A stretch of DNA of 64,000 bases from Takakia lepidozioides (GCA_030704615.1 CM060733.1:35650001-35714000), one strand, 5' to 3'. Positions 45,032 through 59,517 are shown, numbered from the stretch's first letter. Notes: generated by a model from the letters alone, not told the origin. A program made the numbers and translations.

Positions 45032-47430
45032 ATGAGTGAGGAGTGTGCAACAGCGATGGACTTGAATTTCAGGCCCAGCCAAGCTTTTTGATTGTTGCCA
45101 GATACCGAGGTAGCTGATGATAGCGATGGAATGCAGATCAGTAGCCAACCACTCACAAGTGACTCAGATGACGGATACAATGAAAGGTATAAACATGCAA
45201 ATGATGGAGGTCAAAGTGAGGATGATGGCCTTGAAAATTTCCAGTGGGGCCAGGGAGAGGATTCCCAAGTTGAATTTCAGGTACCAGACAACAACATTGC
45301 CAGAGACAAATACTGAAGGACCTGCCGACATTAACACTCTTCGATCTGATGGACCTACTATGCGTGGGGGCTGCACAAGGAGAGGGAGGAGGCCTCTCAA
45401 GAATGGAAACTGGACTGATGAACAGTTGCGAGGTGCCGTGGCTGCCGTTGACCGTGGAGACAGCATCGGATCCGTAGCAAGGATGTTTGAAGTGCTTGCA
45501 ACAAGTATGAGAAACCACGTTTATGGCGTTACTACCAGTAGGAAGAGAGGCAGCAAAGGGACATTAAACGCCAAGGAAAAAGCTGAACTAGTCCAGTATA
45601 TTGAAAAAATGCAAGATATCGGGCATCCCTTGACACTAACTCAACTATGTCTGAAGGTGGCTGAAGTTACGCAAGAGAGAGCCACACCTTTCACAAATGG
45701 AATCCCGGGCTGGGGGTGGGTGAGATGGTTCAGGTCACGACATCCACATCTTTCATTGAGAGTAGCTCAAGGACTAGAAACTGGGAGGGCCAAGGGACTA
45801 TGTCCAGAGAACGTAAAGACGTTCTATGCTAACCTGAAACTGATGTATGAGAAGCACAACTATGGGCCAACAAGGATATGAAATTGTGACGAGTCCGGGG
45901 CCCAAGCTGGGCGAAACGGAGGTGCTGTTGTGTTGGCCAAGACCGGATCCAGATCTATTCATTCTATAACACCAGATCAGAGGGAGTGGCTGAGCATCCT
46001 CACCTGCATGAATGTTGCAGGAAGTTACATCCCAAACTTCTACATATTCAAAGGGAAAAGATTCCGTCGCAATTACATTCACAAATGTGAATCTGGAGCA
46101 ACAATGACAATGCAAAGAAAAGCATGGATGACTGCAATATTGTTTCACAAGTGGATATCACATTTTCTGGAATCAGCAAAGGCTATGGGCAATGACATTA
46201 CCGTCACAAACAGGCATTTGCTAATTCTGGATGGTCACAACTCACACGTCACCCTAGACGTTGTCAAGCAAGCAAGATCAGTAGGACTTGATGTCATTAC
46301 AATTCCTTCCCACACATCCCATGCACTCCAGCCCCTTGATGTGGCAGTGTTCAAGCCCTTTAAGACTGCCTTCAGGAAATATAGAGATGTTTGGACCATG
46401 GCACATAAAGGAAGAGGAGCGTTGAAAGAAGATCTGGCCCAATGGGTCTCCCTTGCATTGAAAAAATGACTAACCCCTACCAACATTGCCAAGGGATTCA
46501 AGACCTCTAGGATCTGGCCTTTGAATCCAGAAGCCATGGCAGGAAAGATGGGGCCGGCAGAATGTTTCTCAGGGCCGGGGACACCAGACCTGCATGCCGA
46601 GGAGATCAGGCCAGAATCAATGGACGAGGATACACCTGAGGGGGAGGTAGAAGACGTACTTTCTGCCCTTCATGTGGAAGAGGTGTTGGGCAACCATGTG
46701 CCCAGCATACAAGAGAATCACCACCACTACTTTGTGGTGGTCGAAGAGCCAGTTGAGGATGGGCGCAATGACCAGGAAAGGGGCGATGACAACTAGCCAC
46801 ACTTTCGCATTAGCCAGGAGTCCTTAGTGCAGCTCGATGATGACGCAGACTGGGAGATGGTTCCCAGCCAGCCAAAGGTCCCTTCATCAATCTCCCGATT
46901 CTTGACGCTCCCAGAGGCTCCTGCAGTCAATCGAAGGGTAAGAGCATCAGGAGATGAACCTATTATAGACTACAACAAGTCAATTATAATGACATCTGAT
47001 GTATACTTGGCAGCACTAGAGCAAAAAGTGAGACTAAAAGAAGAAGCAAAGCTCATGAGCAGAAAAAAGAGGAGATCCTGCAAGGTAAAGCAAAGCGGAC
47101 AGCCGAGAAGATCGAGAAAGATGCTCTCAAGAAGGCCCGAACACAAGAGCGACTGGCCAGGAGGGCCTTCGACGCCAAGTGGTCGGCACGAGCCTGCAGC
47201 GAGGCAGGAGAACGTCTGCATGCAACAATCAAAGCAAACAACACCTCCCCCAAGCATGCATGGATCGCCCCATTGTGCGGGTGGGCTCCACCAATTTGTA
47301 AACACAATCAAAAAATTGCTATTGCTAAACGTCGGGCAAAGGCCCGAGGGGAAGACACAAGTCATCTGCAGGTCGTAGGAGTGCCATGGGCGCATCAACC
47401 AGGTTCGGGACCACCTGTTGTAGAGTGAGT
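45032..47430 (+). pseudogene. pogo/Fot1-like transposase (HTH-psq, CENP-B-type HTH, DDD), with stops and frameshifts
   Basis: WTDEQLRGAVAAV, GIPGWGWVRWFRSRHP, I*NCDESG, LLILDGHNSH, PSHTSHALQPLDVAVFKPFK; ends approximate. Confidence 0.88.
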
Positions 47431-48678
47431 TGCTGTCATGGCGGGCCATGGTGGGAAGGAGTTGCTGGGAGGCGACAGAGATGGCGGGAGGAATCAAGGT
47501 GGTGGCGGGAGAACAATAGGTGGAGAAATTAGTGCAGCGAGAGGGAGGTTTCAGGCTGGAAAAGCACGCAGTTGGGCACACTTTGGATCACTACGTGCTT
47601 AAATAAGAATCCAAATCTAGGAGAGTGGGGTCCACTTTACATGGAGGATTGACCATTTGGCACACATTCACGGTTTCCTAAGGGCTTACTGGAGTTCATG
47701 CATCCGATCTCCTTTATTTCGCTACTGCACCATAGGATACCTTTTGCTCTTCTGGGCCGAGATGTTGGGTGAGTTATTGGGTGTAGTAGTTGGTGTGTGG
47801 GGCCATTTCAAGTGCACATCTCGTGCATATCAGGTCATATGTAGGCTTCATATTAGATAATATTTCAGTGAGTTATGGTATCCTCTATAGCTTAGGCATA
47901 GCATTTTTGTGCCCTGCCACTTTGATAATATATATCAATTAGCCACTTTGTCCAAAATTCATGCAATTCATACCACAAGCTGTTTGTTCAATTGCTAATC
48001 CAGTCATATAATTTTTCCCCTTACTACACCAATTGTATGGGCATATCTGCTTAAACGCTCACATTTGGGTATAACTACCTTACCACCTCAAAAGCGGTTG
48101 TGGGTTCATCCCCAGAGTGGTGTCACAAAGTTGTGCCCTTTGGGACCATAATTTACACCTTCCAAAGGAGACGTCATATATTATTATTATGCCAGGTCCC
48201 ACACATCCATGCTATAGTGATCTACCCTTGAGGCATATTACTATTCTTAACATGTTTAAAGAATTGATATTGAAAAATAGAAAATGGAACTCAAACTTAA
48301 TTTAATTCTTATTCATGATATACATATTCATATTCATGGTATATTTTGAAGGAATGTCTCTTAAAATAAAATTCATTATTAGGATTTAAAGTTTTTCCAG
48401 CCAAAAATAAATATATCCCTAATTAATCTTATTTTTTCTAATTTATTTAATCAATAAATTAGGACCCGGATCCGAACACGTGAACCCGCTAATATTTCCC
48501 AACAACTACCCGGACCCTAACCCGAGTCCGTGTTGACAAACCCGGACCCGAACCCGGACCCGGATTTTCCAAATTTCAAATCCGGGATCCGGACCCGGAC
48601 TTGGCTCCAAAAAAAAAACCGCACCCGGACCCGGTGGGTTCCTTAAAAAGGCAGAACCCGCTCAACACTTGTATATAC

Positions 48679-49591
48679 CACTGTTGTGCCGATAAATAGA
48701 TTTTTGCTTATCCTATGGGTAAGGGTAAGTAGAAATCAGAGGGTTATTTATCCTCCAGGTAAGGGTAAATTATTTGTATGTCCATTTATCTATCCTACGG
48801 GTAAAGGGTAAAGGCCAAATATTTTTTGACCGGATATACCGGGTAAGGATAAAAGCTTTTTGGGGTTTCTACACCTGCCGGGTAAATAAAGGATGTATTG
48901 AAGGATATATAGTTTTTTGGTTTGTTATGCTCAACTCAAAAAATATAACTAATTAATTAAGGTAATCAAATTTTTGGTCTATTATTTGCTTTAGCATGAG
49001 GCTGATTATATCATATGTTGTGAATAATATGAGGATGATCATGAGCGTGTTTCTTCACACCAAAGATAATAATCAAACAAAGCCAATTAAGACCATGTAT
49101 GAGTGCCTCGTCCACGAAACTAGTGCCTCCAAGATCCAGGTTGAGTTGATAGCATTGGAAACTGCCCGCCCGTGCACTCTAAGCAATGTGACTCTTGACA
49201 CAAACCCAAAGCTTTTCATAGAGATGAAGCCGCAAGACATTGACATGCCCCCTGATGTGGTGCATGAGAATGGTATGCCCTTGGAGATGGTGATAGGTGG
49301 AGGATGCTTGCACAAGGACCCTTGAGTGAAAGCCTCGTGTACTTAGGGATGAAGAAGAGTTTTTTATTTACCCTTTTGCTATTTACCCTCCAAAAATTTA
49401 TATTTATCCGTGGGTAAAGGGTATCTGAAAATTATTTACCCTTCAGACAGGTTAGGTATCTCAGATTATTTACCAGTCTGAAGGGTAAGTGTAAGGGTAA
49501 ATGAAATGGGCCAACCCGGGTAACTCATTTACCCTTACCCTGATTAACCCATCGGGTAAATCCGAGTAAATGATTTACCCACACAATGCTG
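48679..49591. mobile_element. Related non-autonomous TIR element with GGGTAA subterminal repeats
   Basis: Degenerate TIRs CACTGTTGTGCCGATAAAT vs CAGCATTGTGTGGGTAAAT; flanked by GTATATAC and GTATATAG. Confidence 0.72.
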
Positions 49592-50039
49592 GTATATAGT
49601 ATATACCTTGACGCCCAGTTCTCCATCTTCATGAATTGTAAAGCTCACGAAGTTGATGTACATGTATATATTGCCCACAAGCATAAATAGCCATTGCTTG
49701 CTTTCAAGTAGTGTACCCACTCCACACAATTTCTCCCACATCTGTTTTCACACCAGGAACAAGAATGGATTGACAAGCTGCAACAAAATGAAATGCCCAC
49801 ACCAGCATATAGGTTCATCAAATTGGCAAATTCTCAACTTTACGTACTTGCACTGCCGTGAGGTTTCAATAGCTTCACCTCTTTGGCGTAGAAATCAAAA
49901 CCAGTAGCAAATTTGGCCACTGATTGAAGCAATCACTAACAAAGTGCTTCGTGCGGACCCAGACAAGATATTCTCGTGGTGGAGTCACCTTGCACATCTT
50001 TGTTCTTTTTTTAAGGACTCCATTCCCAATCGCTACCAG

Positions 50040-53000
50040 TCACTTGTTAGTTGAGATTACAAGAGTTGTAACAGATTTGGCTACTGACCGAATGAGTAAT
50101 AATGGAGACTCAAAGCTCAATGTTGGCAACTCTGTATGGTTTTCAGTTGATGAAGTCCTGAAAGGAGCAGCCTGTATAACACTACCTTTCAAACTGGGAG
50201 CCACCTCTGTTAGATCATAGCTAATGTCCTTGTTTTTGCCTGAAGTATTGGTCAAAATGACTACTACTGTACTTCCCACTGGATCAACAGCTGTGACAAG
50301 AAAATCACGAAGGTTCTCGTTCCGCCAGACCTGAAATCCTGGGCGAATCCACCGAGTGAAATGCATCATCACATAGTATTGCTTCTTGATCTGGACAGAA
50401 AAAGGTACGATACCATAAGTCAGAGGAGTCTGCAACAGGCCCCACAGGGAGCCTGGCACTTCGAGAGCTTGCCAATAACACCAGGCTGATGGTTGCAGGT
50501 CATTGATATCAAGGGTTATGTGCCGTCCTAACGCCAATGCAACATCATGTTCTTCGCCACTCCAGTTAAGGGGCCCATACTCAGACATCCACAGCTTTTT
50601 CCCATGAGCCACAACATTTCTCTGCACCTGGAGAAAGGAAAGAGAGATTAGTATAAAAGCTCAAGTCAAATGCTATTGCTTCTCCTGAACCGCTAGATAA
50701 TTGCAATAGATCTGCCACCCATACAACAGATGTCTACTGAAGACAGTTCGGTGGCCACTGAGAATCCAGCAGATACTCATGCCTTACTGGTGTAATATAT
50801 GATTCAAGTGTCCAGCTTGGTTTAGAAGTATGAGGCCCGAGGGGAAGAAGATATCCATGTACAGACATCAGATTATACCTCCTTACGCCGGGCATCGTCT
50901 TCTCGTTGGACAAAGGGGATATAGGTGTGCACATTCACTTGCTCAATTGCTTCCAGAGCTTCCTTGCCAATCCCGCGGAAAGCTCTCACTGTGTTTGCAC
51001 TCCATGCATCAAACGCACTCACTCGTGTTGACAACCCCTTCTCAGCTAGTGACTTTTTGACTAAAGAAATCACCTGCAAATAACAGGTACCATCATTCGA
51101 TAATTACAGAAGTTCAAAATCGTTCACTCAGCATAAAGCTCCTGCACAATTGTTGGAGTGGGCACAAACATCTGCAGTGCAATGTAGAGACTTACTTTCA
51201 TAGGATGCCAATCACCTGATTGATTCCTGAACACCAGTTGCACTAAGTTCTCTGCATTTGTATGCAGCATGTATATGGTTGAGTTTTGAGTATTGCACAG
51301 GTAATCTCACTGACCGTCTATACGGCTTAGGGCTATATCTCACACAATCCATAATTCATGTAGCAGACGCAGAAGCAAACTAATGTGGGTGTGAAGCAAA
51401 ACCATACACCTCTCCCTAGAACCAGGTACGCACCTTGTCCATTGACTGGATAGAGAAATTACAACCCTCTTGGGCAGCTTTCTTGCGATCAATATACCAC
51501 CAGCCTTCACAGGGCTCATTGAATGGTGCCAGTACATCAAAGTGTAAGCCCCATTTCCCATACTGGCGCACCACCTCGGTCAAATAGTCGGCAAAAGCAG
51601 TGAAATATCTTGGATTGAGGTTGTCCTGGCCCCTCCTCCAGTTTCCTGGAACGTGACCCACCTGTCTCTGGTCAAATTGGACTACTGATCCATGGATAGC
51701 TCCCACTGGCTTTTAATACTTGGTCAATCATGACCACAGCTTCCTTCAACCGGCTGTGGTCATGATTGAGACTTTAACATCTCATAAATTAGATTTGAAC
51801 TTCAATATACACACATCGTGAATCATGTAATCCCTTCTTGTTGACCCTGATCGTGGGTGAGATTTCAATGAGCCTGAATTACAATTCCATTGAGATCAAA
51901 GTATTGAAGCTGTGCTGCTGATAATGGAAATTCATCTTTGCCTATGTTATGAGAATTGGTGCTTGAGAACTCCATAGAAAAGGAGAGTTTGTATCAGGTC
52001 TCTTGATCAAACAACACTGCAGACAATACTGTACCATGGATCAAGATAAGTGAGGTCTGGAAAATACCTGTCACGGATCCACTGACAGTCATCCAGCACG
52101 GTGGTGAGTTAGAGAAGGCTTCAAACACATTTGCACCCCTCTCACGGGCCCCAAAGAGAACATCCCTCTGCCGCTTGTCAGCAGACCAATCATATGGTGC
52201 TTCAGGGCCACCTGGCCGGAAGCCTGGCATATCACCAAATGGCCGAAGGTTTGTATCAAAAGAGAGATCGGCACCCCCACCTATATTGTACCGAACAATA
52301 GTGAGGCCAAGACCCTTACGAGGATCAAATAACAAATCCAACACAAAATCGCTGTCACCTTTAGGTAGCCCTCCCACAAAATTTGCCCACCTGTGCCAAA
52401 ATATTTCGCGAAGTTATGTCTGAGAAACCACTCCCAATTCAGAGATACTACCTAACACCCTCTACTGCTGCCAACGACCCGATACTACAGTTCTTTACGA
52501 CTGAAACACAGAATTGGGGACAGAGAGAGCGACAAATACAGAGGGCATTTAGGATGTAGGGAGAGCTCATGTCATAGGGGATGTGCACACCAGCATAGTG
52601 ATGTTCCCCAACCCTCCCACGTAACTGGGGTGCACTCAGGCTCACTTAGCACCTCTATAAATTCTTCCTGCAAACCACCGGCTACCTTGTCAATCGTACA
52701 AGAAAACCTCTGAGACTTGTGAAAATAAATAACTGAATTTCTGGGGACTGTTCACCACCCACACGACTGCCAGGCAACGTTTCAAGTTGCTGTGGCCCCA
52801 TAGCTTTCGTGACTTACCCAAAACATTGAAGGGACTTTCGGACAGATGGAATGTAATCAATCATAGAGTGCTTAGATGGTCAACCTTTCCAAGACAGACA
52901 GGTAGCAACAAGTCTAAGAAGTTCCCCTAGCTTCTCTTTTCTTTTCCAGCATTGGAGGTATCCAATGGGGTCCTACTCGTAGCAGCAGGAAGGACATTTC

Positions 53001-54098
53001 CCGTTCCAGAAAAAAGGGTCCTTCAACTCAGAGGAAAAACTTTTCCCAGAGAAGCTATGATAGTTTAGCAGCCAAAAAAAATGGGCACTCGGGCACCCTC
53101 GATTAAAGTTATCACAGATTTCACCTTTTGAGTAGTTGCATGTGCTTCGTGCTTACTTGTATAAAACACACAATGTATGCACTCATGGGCTCTCTGGGAA
53201 ATGGTGCACCCTCTTCCTGGACTCTTCCAAGCCAATCACTACAGGCTACTTCAATATTTGGTAGGAAAACAACCGTATTATATATAAGAACGGAGAGAAA
53301 TGAAATGGTACTTTATATGTCCACGGAAAGCTCAAAGGGCTTATGCGACAAGAGAAAGCAAGAAACAAGAAGGAGAGAGGGGCCCTCCACAAGCAGCCCA
53401 AAAACAACCATTGTTCAAGGGATGTCTAAGAGTGAACGCCTCATGCATGTAAGGAAACACGCAATCCACTATATTTCGAAGAGAGAATCCAGCGTGATAC
53501 CAAGTGGAGACAAAACAGAGGGCTCGCTAACCTTGTCTGGTACTTGAGGCCAGAACCGAATCCATCCCACCAACGTCTGGAGCTGCCCAAGAAAGCCTCT
53601 CTTCTTCTCCACTTTTATTACTTTCTCTTTCTCCACCTCCTTCTCACCTGTCACCTCCCCTCCTCCGTTACAATCTGTTTTCTGGTCATCCCTCATCGTC
53701 CCCACTGTCTCTTCCTCAGTGACGGTAGTCTTTGCCCGAGAGCCCACCACATTATCGTCCGAATTCGAGATTCCCTCCTTGTATCCCGCACCCAAAATTT
53801 TCTGCGTCTTTTGGCTTCCTTCTCCAACCTCAGCTACAATGGGTTCTGGAGTCGATCTCAAACACAAATTCCATCCCTTGTCCTGAACATTTCTCCTGTC
53901 TCTCTCAGACACCCTCTTTCCCTCCCCGACTACCTGGTACACCTTCCCCCCCTGGGCATGCTTAAACATCTGGCATTCTTCCTGCAAGCGGCTCAAATGT
54001 GCTCCCCACCTTCGATAAGAGCACACACGACAAGTGGTGGGATGTAAACGGAGGCCTGCTTGACCTTGACTTGTAGTTCGGGTGAGAAATGAATCCAT
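50040..54098 (-). CDS. Glycoside hydrolase family 30, endo-beta-1,6-galactanase-like (GH30_5-like), 6 exons, ~653 aa, apparently intact
   Basis: Exons 54098-53532 (less certain), 52667-52591, 52390-52068, 51645-51434, 51073-50879, 50627-50040, phases consistent; WEGWGTSLCWWAN, RYNIGGG, FEAFSNSPP, PFNEP (acid/base), NVHTY, LWMSEYG (nucleophile), AWCYWQ. Confidence 0.9.
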
Positions 54099-55235
54099 GT
54101 CGCCAATTTGTGGAGCTTCCCGCTTATATCACTCTCTTCCACTGCTCCTTTCTCCTCACCAAATTCCTCCCCTGCGACTGCTGCTCTCCCTCACAGACAA
54201 GCCATCTCTCCTTGTCTGAATTTGAGCTCCCATCCCAAAGCTCTTCCACTCTCTTTGTCGATCCTTCGCTCCGCATCTCCAACTCTGCTCAAGTAGCATC
54301 CTTACGTTGCGGCTGGAATTGTGAACTGGCAGTCCCCCCCACGTGGCAGTGAGCTAGTCCAAGTGTTCCTTTCGGGTCAGCCCACCCTATGGCAAACTGG
54401 TGCAAAACTGCAATCAATTATATATTAACATTATTACTTGAGTAGGTAGCCCCGTGGTTGGGTATTTGTGCCTTGCATAACCTGGGTGATCCTGGGTTCA
54501 ATCCTTTAACATGTGCCTTCAACTGTCGAAGGGCCCCTCGATGGGCTGTTGTTGAGCAGTAGGCTCTGTAAATTCACTGGACGTTAAGCATACTTTACTT
54601 TTATATCTACTATTACTAACCAACTAATTCAAGCCTATTAATTCAGAAAACGACTGGAGAGAGAAAGTTAGGTGTGTGGATATTGGATTATTTCTTACAT
54701 CTTATAGCTAACTGCTTACACCACCCCAACAGTAAGCCCATAGCCTGATTATTGCCACTATTTTTGGATTATCTTGATGCCAGCAATGAGCTTGTGAGCA
54801 TAATAAAAAAGTAAAACTATATTTATCACTAATGTATGAGAGGAGGTAAGTTCAACAAATTTAGAGACTTTTGCCCCTCTGGGCCGGATCCAGCTGTTAG
54901 CACAACCATTCATCTAATCTCAGTATTTTGTCATCCATGAACTCAAAAATATATATATATATATATATATTCGAAGGGTCTGAGGCGGAAGATAATAGGA
55001 ATAATGTAAGAACTTAATGCGAGAGCGCGTCAGGACGGTCCAGCCCTGACACCCGTGCCGCCGGTTCTCCGCCTCTGGCAGACATCGAAAGGCAGCCGGC
55101 TGGGCTCGGTCAATCCCTCCCCACCCCCGCCCTCATCCCATCGGCGTCGTCGCCGCCTGCGTCGTCGTTCTGCAACACCAGTCCGCTGCTTCCAGCAGTC
55201 CGCCAGTTCCCTGAAACCCCCTGCACGTCAGCCCC

Positions 55236-57230
55236 TGTAACCCCCGCCCCGGGTTCAACCCTCACCCCCATGTAACCCTCTGTAACTCCGCCGAGTATAA
55301 CCCACACCACCATGTAACCCTTTGTAATCCATGTAACCCTTTGTAACCCATGTAACCCCATGACCCTCTGTAACCCTCACCACCATGTAACCCTTTGTAA
55401 CATCGTAGAGTGTCACTTCCACCCCTATGTAACCCTCACTCCATGTAACCCTCTGTATCACTTTGCAACCCATGTAACCCTCTGTAACACCACAGAGTGT
55501 CACCCTCACCCCTATGTAAGCCTCACTCCATGTAACCCTCTGTGACACCGCAGAATGTCACCCTCACCACCATATAACCCTTTGTAACCCATGTAACCCT
55601 CTGTAACACCGCAGAGTATCACCCCCACCCCTATGTAACCCTCACTACAGTGTAACCCTCTGTAACACCGCAGAGCGTAACCCTCACTCCATGTAACCCT
55701 TTGTAACCCTTTGTAACCCATGTAATCCTCTGTGACCCTTTGTAACCCTCACCACCATGTAACCCTCTGTAACACTGCAAAATGTCACCCTCACCCCTAT
55801 GTAACCCTCACTCCATGTAACCCTCTCTGACCCTCTGTAACCCTCACCACCATGTAACCCTCTGTAACCCATGTAACCTTCTGTAACACCGAAGAGTGTC
55901 ACCCTCACCCCCATGTAATCCTCACTCCATATAACCCTCTGTGACCCTCAGTAACCCATGTAACCCTCTGTGACCCTCTATAATCCTCACCAGGTGTAAC
56001 CCTTACCACCATGTAACCCTCTGTAACACCGCAGAGTGTAACCCTCACTCCATGTAACCCTCTGTAACCCATGTAACCCTCTGTGACCCTTTATAACCCT
56101 CACCACCATGTAACCCTCTGTAACACCGCAAAGTGTCACCCTCACCCCTATGTAACCCTCACTCCATGTAACCATTTCTGACCCTCTATAACCCTCACCA
56201 CCATGTAACCCTATGTAACCCATGTAACCCTCCGTAACACCGCAGAGTGTCACCCTCACCCCCATGTAATGCTCACTCCATATAACCCTCTGTGACCCTC
56301 TGTAACCCATGTAACCCTCTATGACCCTCTATAACCCTTACCACCATGTAACCCTCCGTAACCCATGTAACCCTCTGTAACACCACAGAGTGTAACCCTC
56401 ACTCCATGTAACCCTCTGTAACCCATGTAACCCTCTGTGACCCTTTATAACCCTCACCACCATGTAACCCTCCGTAACACCGCAGAGTGTCACCCTCACC
56501 CCCATGTAATGCTCACTCCATATAATCCTCTGTGACCCTCTGTAACCCATGTAACCCTCTGTAACACCGCAGAGTGTAACCCTCACTCCATGTAACCTTT
56601 TGTAACCCATGTAATCCTTTCTGACCCTCTGTAACCCATGTAAGCCTCTGTGACCCTTTTTAACCCTCACCACCATGTAACCCTCTGTAACACCGCAGAG
56701 TGTCACCCTCACCCCTATGTAACCCTCACTCCATGTAACCCTTTCTGACCCTCTGTAACCCTCACCACCATGTAACCCTCTATAACACCGCAAAGTGTTA
56801 CCCTCACCCCTATGTAACCCTCACTCCATGTAACCCTCTCTGACCCTCTGTAACCCTCACCACCATGTAACCATCTGTAACCCATGTAACCCTCTGTAAC
56901 ATCGCAGAGTGTCACCCTCACCTCCATGTAATCCTCACTCCATATAACCCTTTGTGACCCTCTGTGACCCTCTATAACCCTGACCAGGTGTAACCCTTAC
57001 CACCATGTAACCCTTTGTAACACCGCAGAGTGTCACCCTCACCACCATGTAACCCTCCGTAACCCATGTAACCCTCTGTGACACCGCAGAGTGTCACCCT
57101 CATCCTCATGTAACCCTCACTCCATGTAGAGTTACACTGCTAGGAGTTACACTTCTAGGAGTTACACTACTAAGAGTTCCTATGATAAGAGTGACACTGC
57201 AAGGAGTTACACTGACAAGAGTTACACTGA
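55236..57230. repeat. ~2-kb satellite-like array built from TGTAACCC/GTCACCC units
   Basis: CATGTAACCCTCTGTAAC / ACCGCAGAGTGTCACCCTCAC higher-order units; orientation flips (GTTACAC) at ~57128. Confidence 0.95.
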
Positions 57231-57239
57231 TGGATTGGG

Positions 57240-58411
57240 TGGCATTTGATGTGTGAGCGTGCACGGAATCGTTTGGGGACGTAGCAATATTTCTATGCCT
57301 TTGGCATGTTCGCCGCGCTTGGCTGAAACATTCGTGGCGTAAGATGCCCGATCCATACACTCGTAATGTTGTTTTGAAATAGCTTGACGACGTAATGTAC
57401 GGCATTAATGCCTGTGTGGGAGTCACCCCAGAAGAGTGGGCGCTGGAACGACTGGAAGATTTGCATTATTCATATCCGCTTGTGCGTGACTTCCTACATT
57501 ACATCAGAATGGAATGGGTCCCAAAATTGAGCATGTGGATCACGGGGACTCGTGATATTCCCCATGCAAGTCAGGATACTAATGCCGTAATTGAATCTTG
57601 GCATGGAAATTTGAAGGCTCGTTTACGTTCGGGAAAGCAAAGGCTTGATGGCAGGAGAATTGATTGGCTGATCAGCGAACTCGTGGGTCCTGTTCTAACC
57701 CACTATTGGTATAGAGATAACTTGAAATCAAAAGGCTTCAAAAGGAATGTACGACAGGAGGAATTTATCAGTAATGTTGTTTGGACTGCGAGGGAGATCC
57801 CTGATGTCAATGTTCATTTGCCTACTGTTCCTGGTCATCCGACGATTATGGATAGTGTTCAAACGGCTGGTCGAAGCTACACAATCTATGCACCTGCAAC
57901 CACCTGGGCTTGTTGCGATTGTCCATGGGCTTTGAAGGGTAATTTGTGCAAACATCAAATCCACGTTCTTCAATTGATGAAGCCAAATATGAAGGAAGGG
58001 CTTATTGTGAAGCTCTGTGGCACAAAGCTCGGGACCATTCATGGAGGTCTTGACATGTTGATGAAATCGAAACTTCCAGATATTGATGCAGGGGAGGAAG
58101 TTGTGAATTTAGTAGAGCCTACGGAGTGCTCAGCATCATCCCAGCGTGGTCGGCAGGAGCCATTGGATGTTTCATCAATTGAATCTGAGATGAAGTCCCT
58201 GTCGCTTCTTGGCAATGAGAGTGAAACAATGCGCAAACATCTGCTTGCCGAGCTTCGTTGTGTTCGTGGGAGGCTGTCCACTTTACAAGTCAGAATCGAC
58301 AAAGGTCTGTTGCACCCTCTTCAGGCAGTTCCATTCATAAAAAATGATGATGGAAACAACATGTCCCTTGCCAGGAAAGTAGATTTTGTAGTCCGGTTCC
58401 GTAGTAAGTGA
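57240..58411 (+). pseudogene. MULE transposase, C-terminal part with SWIM finger
   Basis: FLCLWHVRRAW (CxxH), DTNAVIESWH (E), CDCPWALKGNLCKH; N-terminal catalytic Asp residues not found. Confidence 0.85.
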
Positions 58412-59474
58412 CCATTAAGTCCATTGGCAATGACACTTATTTTGTGATCACCAGCTTTAATATGAAGTACATGTCTGTTCATGGGTTGTTATTCACTTTG
58501 CCATTCCATCCACATTCAACCTATGTAACCCACTCAATGGGACACCCATGGGCCGGGGTGACACAACGCAGGGTTACACCGTCTGGGGTTTCATAACGTA
58601 ACATAGCTCTACTTAGTGTAACTCGCATCTGTGGTACTCCATACAGTGTAACACAGACGAGTGTGAACCTCTTCAGTGTAACTCATTGTGGTGTAACTCC
58701 AAGTGTAACTGCAATGTAACTATCAACAGTGTAACCCAGTATGTAACCCCATAGAATATTGCTGTCAGTGGTGTAACACTGAGAATTATAAGTCGATGAC
58801 TACAATGTGACTACAGGGTCTGGGTTAGTCTGCCGGGGTTACATGACCCTTCAATATAGAGTGGGAAGACGCTGAAGTCGAGCACCTTTAGTCGTCGCCA
58901 ACACTAGCCCCTGTATGTGTAACCCCTCTATGTGTAACCAATTTAGGTTTATCCCACCCTGTATGTGTAACCCCTCTATGTGTAACCCAATTTGTGTGTA
59001 ACCCATGGACGTGTAATCCATGAGATAGATAATCTTTCCATTCAACCTCTGTTATGGACCAGTGTAGCCCTCCGGAGTGTAACTTGTTGTTGTGTAACCC
59101 CAAGAAGTATGTATCCCGACCACATGTAACCCCCACTGATGTCACCCCATCGCATGTAACCCATTGTACAATTTGGGGTGCACACTATAAACCCTGATGC
59201 TACATCACTCCATCTTATGTATCCCCACGACACGTAGCCCTTGTATAGGCAACCCTGCCCACTTTCACTGTGCACAGTGTAACTTAGAACTGTGTAACCC
59301 TCTTGAGTGAGTGTAACCCTGAGTGTTGTAACTCCAAGAAGTATGTGGCCCGACCAGATGTTACCCCCACACTATTGTGACCCCATCGTATGTAACCCAT
59401 TGTACATAGCCCTCATGTATGTAACCCCATGTAGTATAAATCTGAGAACTTCAGTGCACAAACATTTCAATGCG

Positions 59475-59517
<43 letters not shown>

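Larger units (their letters stand above)
43912..48670. mobile_element. 4.8-kb TIR element with ACCCGG subterminal repeats containing a pogo/Fot1-type transposase
   Basis: GTATATAC at 43904-43911 and 48671-48678; TIRs CAATGTTGTGCGGGT vs AAGTGTTGAGCGGGT; dense (G)ACCCGG repeats at both ends. Confidence 0.82.

Noticed and set aside
48996-49325. 109-aa ORF inside the second TIR element
   Set aside because: No recognisable motif
54440-54510. tRNA gene
   Set aside because: Only degenerate A/B boxes, no convincing cloverleaf; probable SINE relic
55255-57426. Many RVT/GYMG/GLHG ORFs; possible telomere or CRISPR array
   Set aside because: Translations of the TGTAACCC satellite; no TTTAGGG tract and no unique spacers
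59475-59516. Poly-A giving poly-K / poly-F ORFs
   Set aside because: Simple homopolymer in non-coding MULE DNA
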